A stretch of DNA of 22,690 nt, from the IMG/VR virus record IMGVR_UViG_3300028906_000002; one strand, 5' to 3'. Source of the DNA: a virus (Duplodnaviria > Heunggongvirae > Uroviricota > Caudoviricetes). Below, piece by piece: positions 22,093 to 22,690 of the stretch. The number at the start of each line of letters is the position of its first letter. Position 1 is the first letter of the stretch. The position numbers were made by a program, and so were the translations under genes. Under the pieces are notes generated by a model. It was given only the letters and a program-made list of their open reading frames with translations. It did not search any database and was not told the DNA's origin.

Positions 22093-22690
22093 TTGTTTAT
22101 TAACAATAAATATAGGGTGTGGTACTTTCAGATTATCGAGAGATCAAAAACTCGAAATCTGGAACGGAGAGGAACCGAAGGTCATCATATCATTCCGAAA
22201 TGCTTCGGTGGCTCCAACGATTCGGATAATATTGCTCGTTTGACATACCGCGAGCACTTTATCTGTCATCAACTTTTGACGCGAATGACCGAAGGTATCC
22301 AACGCCGAAAAATGTGGTACGCCCTTTGGACAATGGGTTGGTCCATGAGGGATCGTATCGTCTCTCCGCGTCAATATTCAATAGCTAAAAAGGCGCGATA
22401 TGAAGGGCAAAAATTATTACTGGCTGATCCAGATTATCTCGCTGGTCTTCGCGCTAGGTCGGCTGGAGTCAATAACCCGCGTTATGGAAAGTCTCTTTCT
22501 CCAGAACTGAGATCAAGGATATCAGCCGCATGTAAGATGACACACAATCTTCCAGACGTTTTGGAAAGATGTTCAATCTCTAAAAAACTTGCGTGGGCCA
22601 ATCCAGAATTGCGAGCAAGGGCCTCATTAGCTGCAAAAAATCGTCCGCCTGTTTCGGCAGAAACGAGAGCCAAATTATCTAGATCGGAAG
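22093..22690 (+). CDS. HNH homing endonuclease with NUMOD3-like motifs (3' truncated), not in ORF track
   Basis: Hand translation from TTG 22093 (AGGTG + 5 nt): FINNKYRVWYFQII...EGHHIIPKCFGGSNDSDNIARLTYREHFICHQLL...NNPRYGKSLSPELRSRIS...VSAETRAKLS; open to the window end. Confidence 0.88.
   Translation, partial: MFINNKYRVWYFQIIERSKTRNLERRGTEGHHIIPKCFGGSNDSDNIARLTYREHFICHQLLTRMTEGIQRRKMWYALWTMGWSMRDRIVSPRQYSIAKKARYEGQKLLLADPDYLAGLRARSAGVNNPRYGKSLSPELRSRISAACKMTHNLPDVLERCSISKKLAWANPELRARASLAAKNRPPVSAETRAKLSRSE

Larger units (their letters stand above)
1..22690. mobile_element. Phage or prophage genome segment, podovirus-like, probable alphaproteobacterial (Hyphomicrobiales) host
   Basis: Ejection-type virion proteins, tail-collar fibre, GH19 endolysin plus membrane proteins, three homing-endonuclease-like genes and many small coupled ORFs. 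No host housekeeping synteny and no tape-measure gene in the window. Lifestyle cannot be determined here. Confidence 0.92.

Noticed and set aside
1-22690. tRNA, rRNA, CRISPR array, integrase, IS element or DGR
   Set aside because: No cloverleaf, spaced-repeat array, recombinase, transposase or reverse transcriptase motifs seen by eye; a tRNAscan/CRISPR scan would be needed to be sure.

Overview
The whole 22.7 kb window looks like part of a podovirus-like phage or prophage of an alphaproteobacterium (probably Hyphomicrobiales, inferred from an ADLPTKA-type outer-membrane protein). No integrase, tRNA, rRNA or CRISPR is visible. Left arm (+ strand): two internal virion/ejection-type proteins, an antisense HNH endonuclease, and two tail fibre/receptor-binding genes with a shared N-terminal anchor. 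Middle (- strand, about 16.55 kb down to 5.6 kb): one tightly translationally coupled operon in which a nearly complete pseudaminic-acid-type nonulosonate pathway is interleaved with typical small phage genes, a DHH phosphoesterase, a DEDD exonuclease and a GIY-YIG protein. The pathway genes are PseB, a short PseC, a short PseI, a PseH-like GNAT, a PseF/SpsF cytidylyltransferase, a WbuX/PseA amidotransferase with a HisF-like partner, and a Pse-associated methyltransferase. Right arm (+ strand): GH19 endolysin, holin-like and other membrane proteins, an Omp25/RopB-like beta-barrel, a permuted papain-like amidase and a truncated HNH-NUMOD3 endonuclease. The two most notable observations are the phage-borne, miniaturised nonulosonate pathway with an amidino/methyl decorating arm, and three genes whose best-supported starts are the near-cognate codons ACG, ATT and ATC, each 5 nt after GGAGG. 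All family assignments come from motif recognition by eye; no database searches were run. Many starts are corrected relative to the ORF track using SD sequences and stop/start overlaps.
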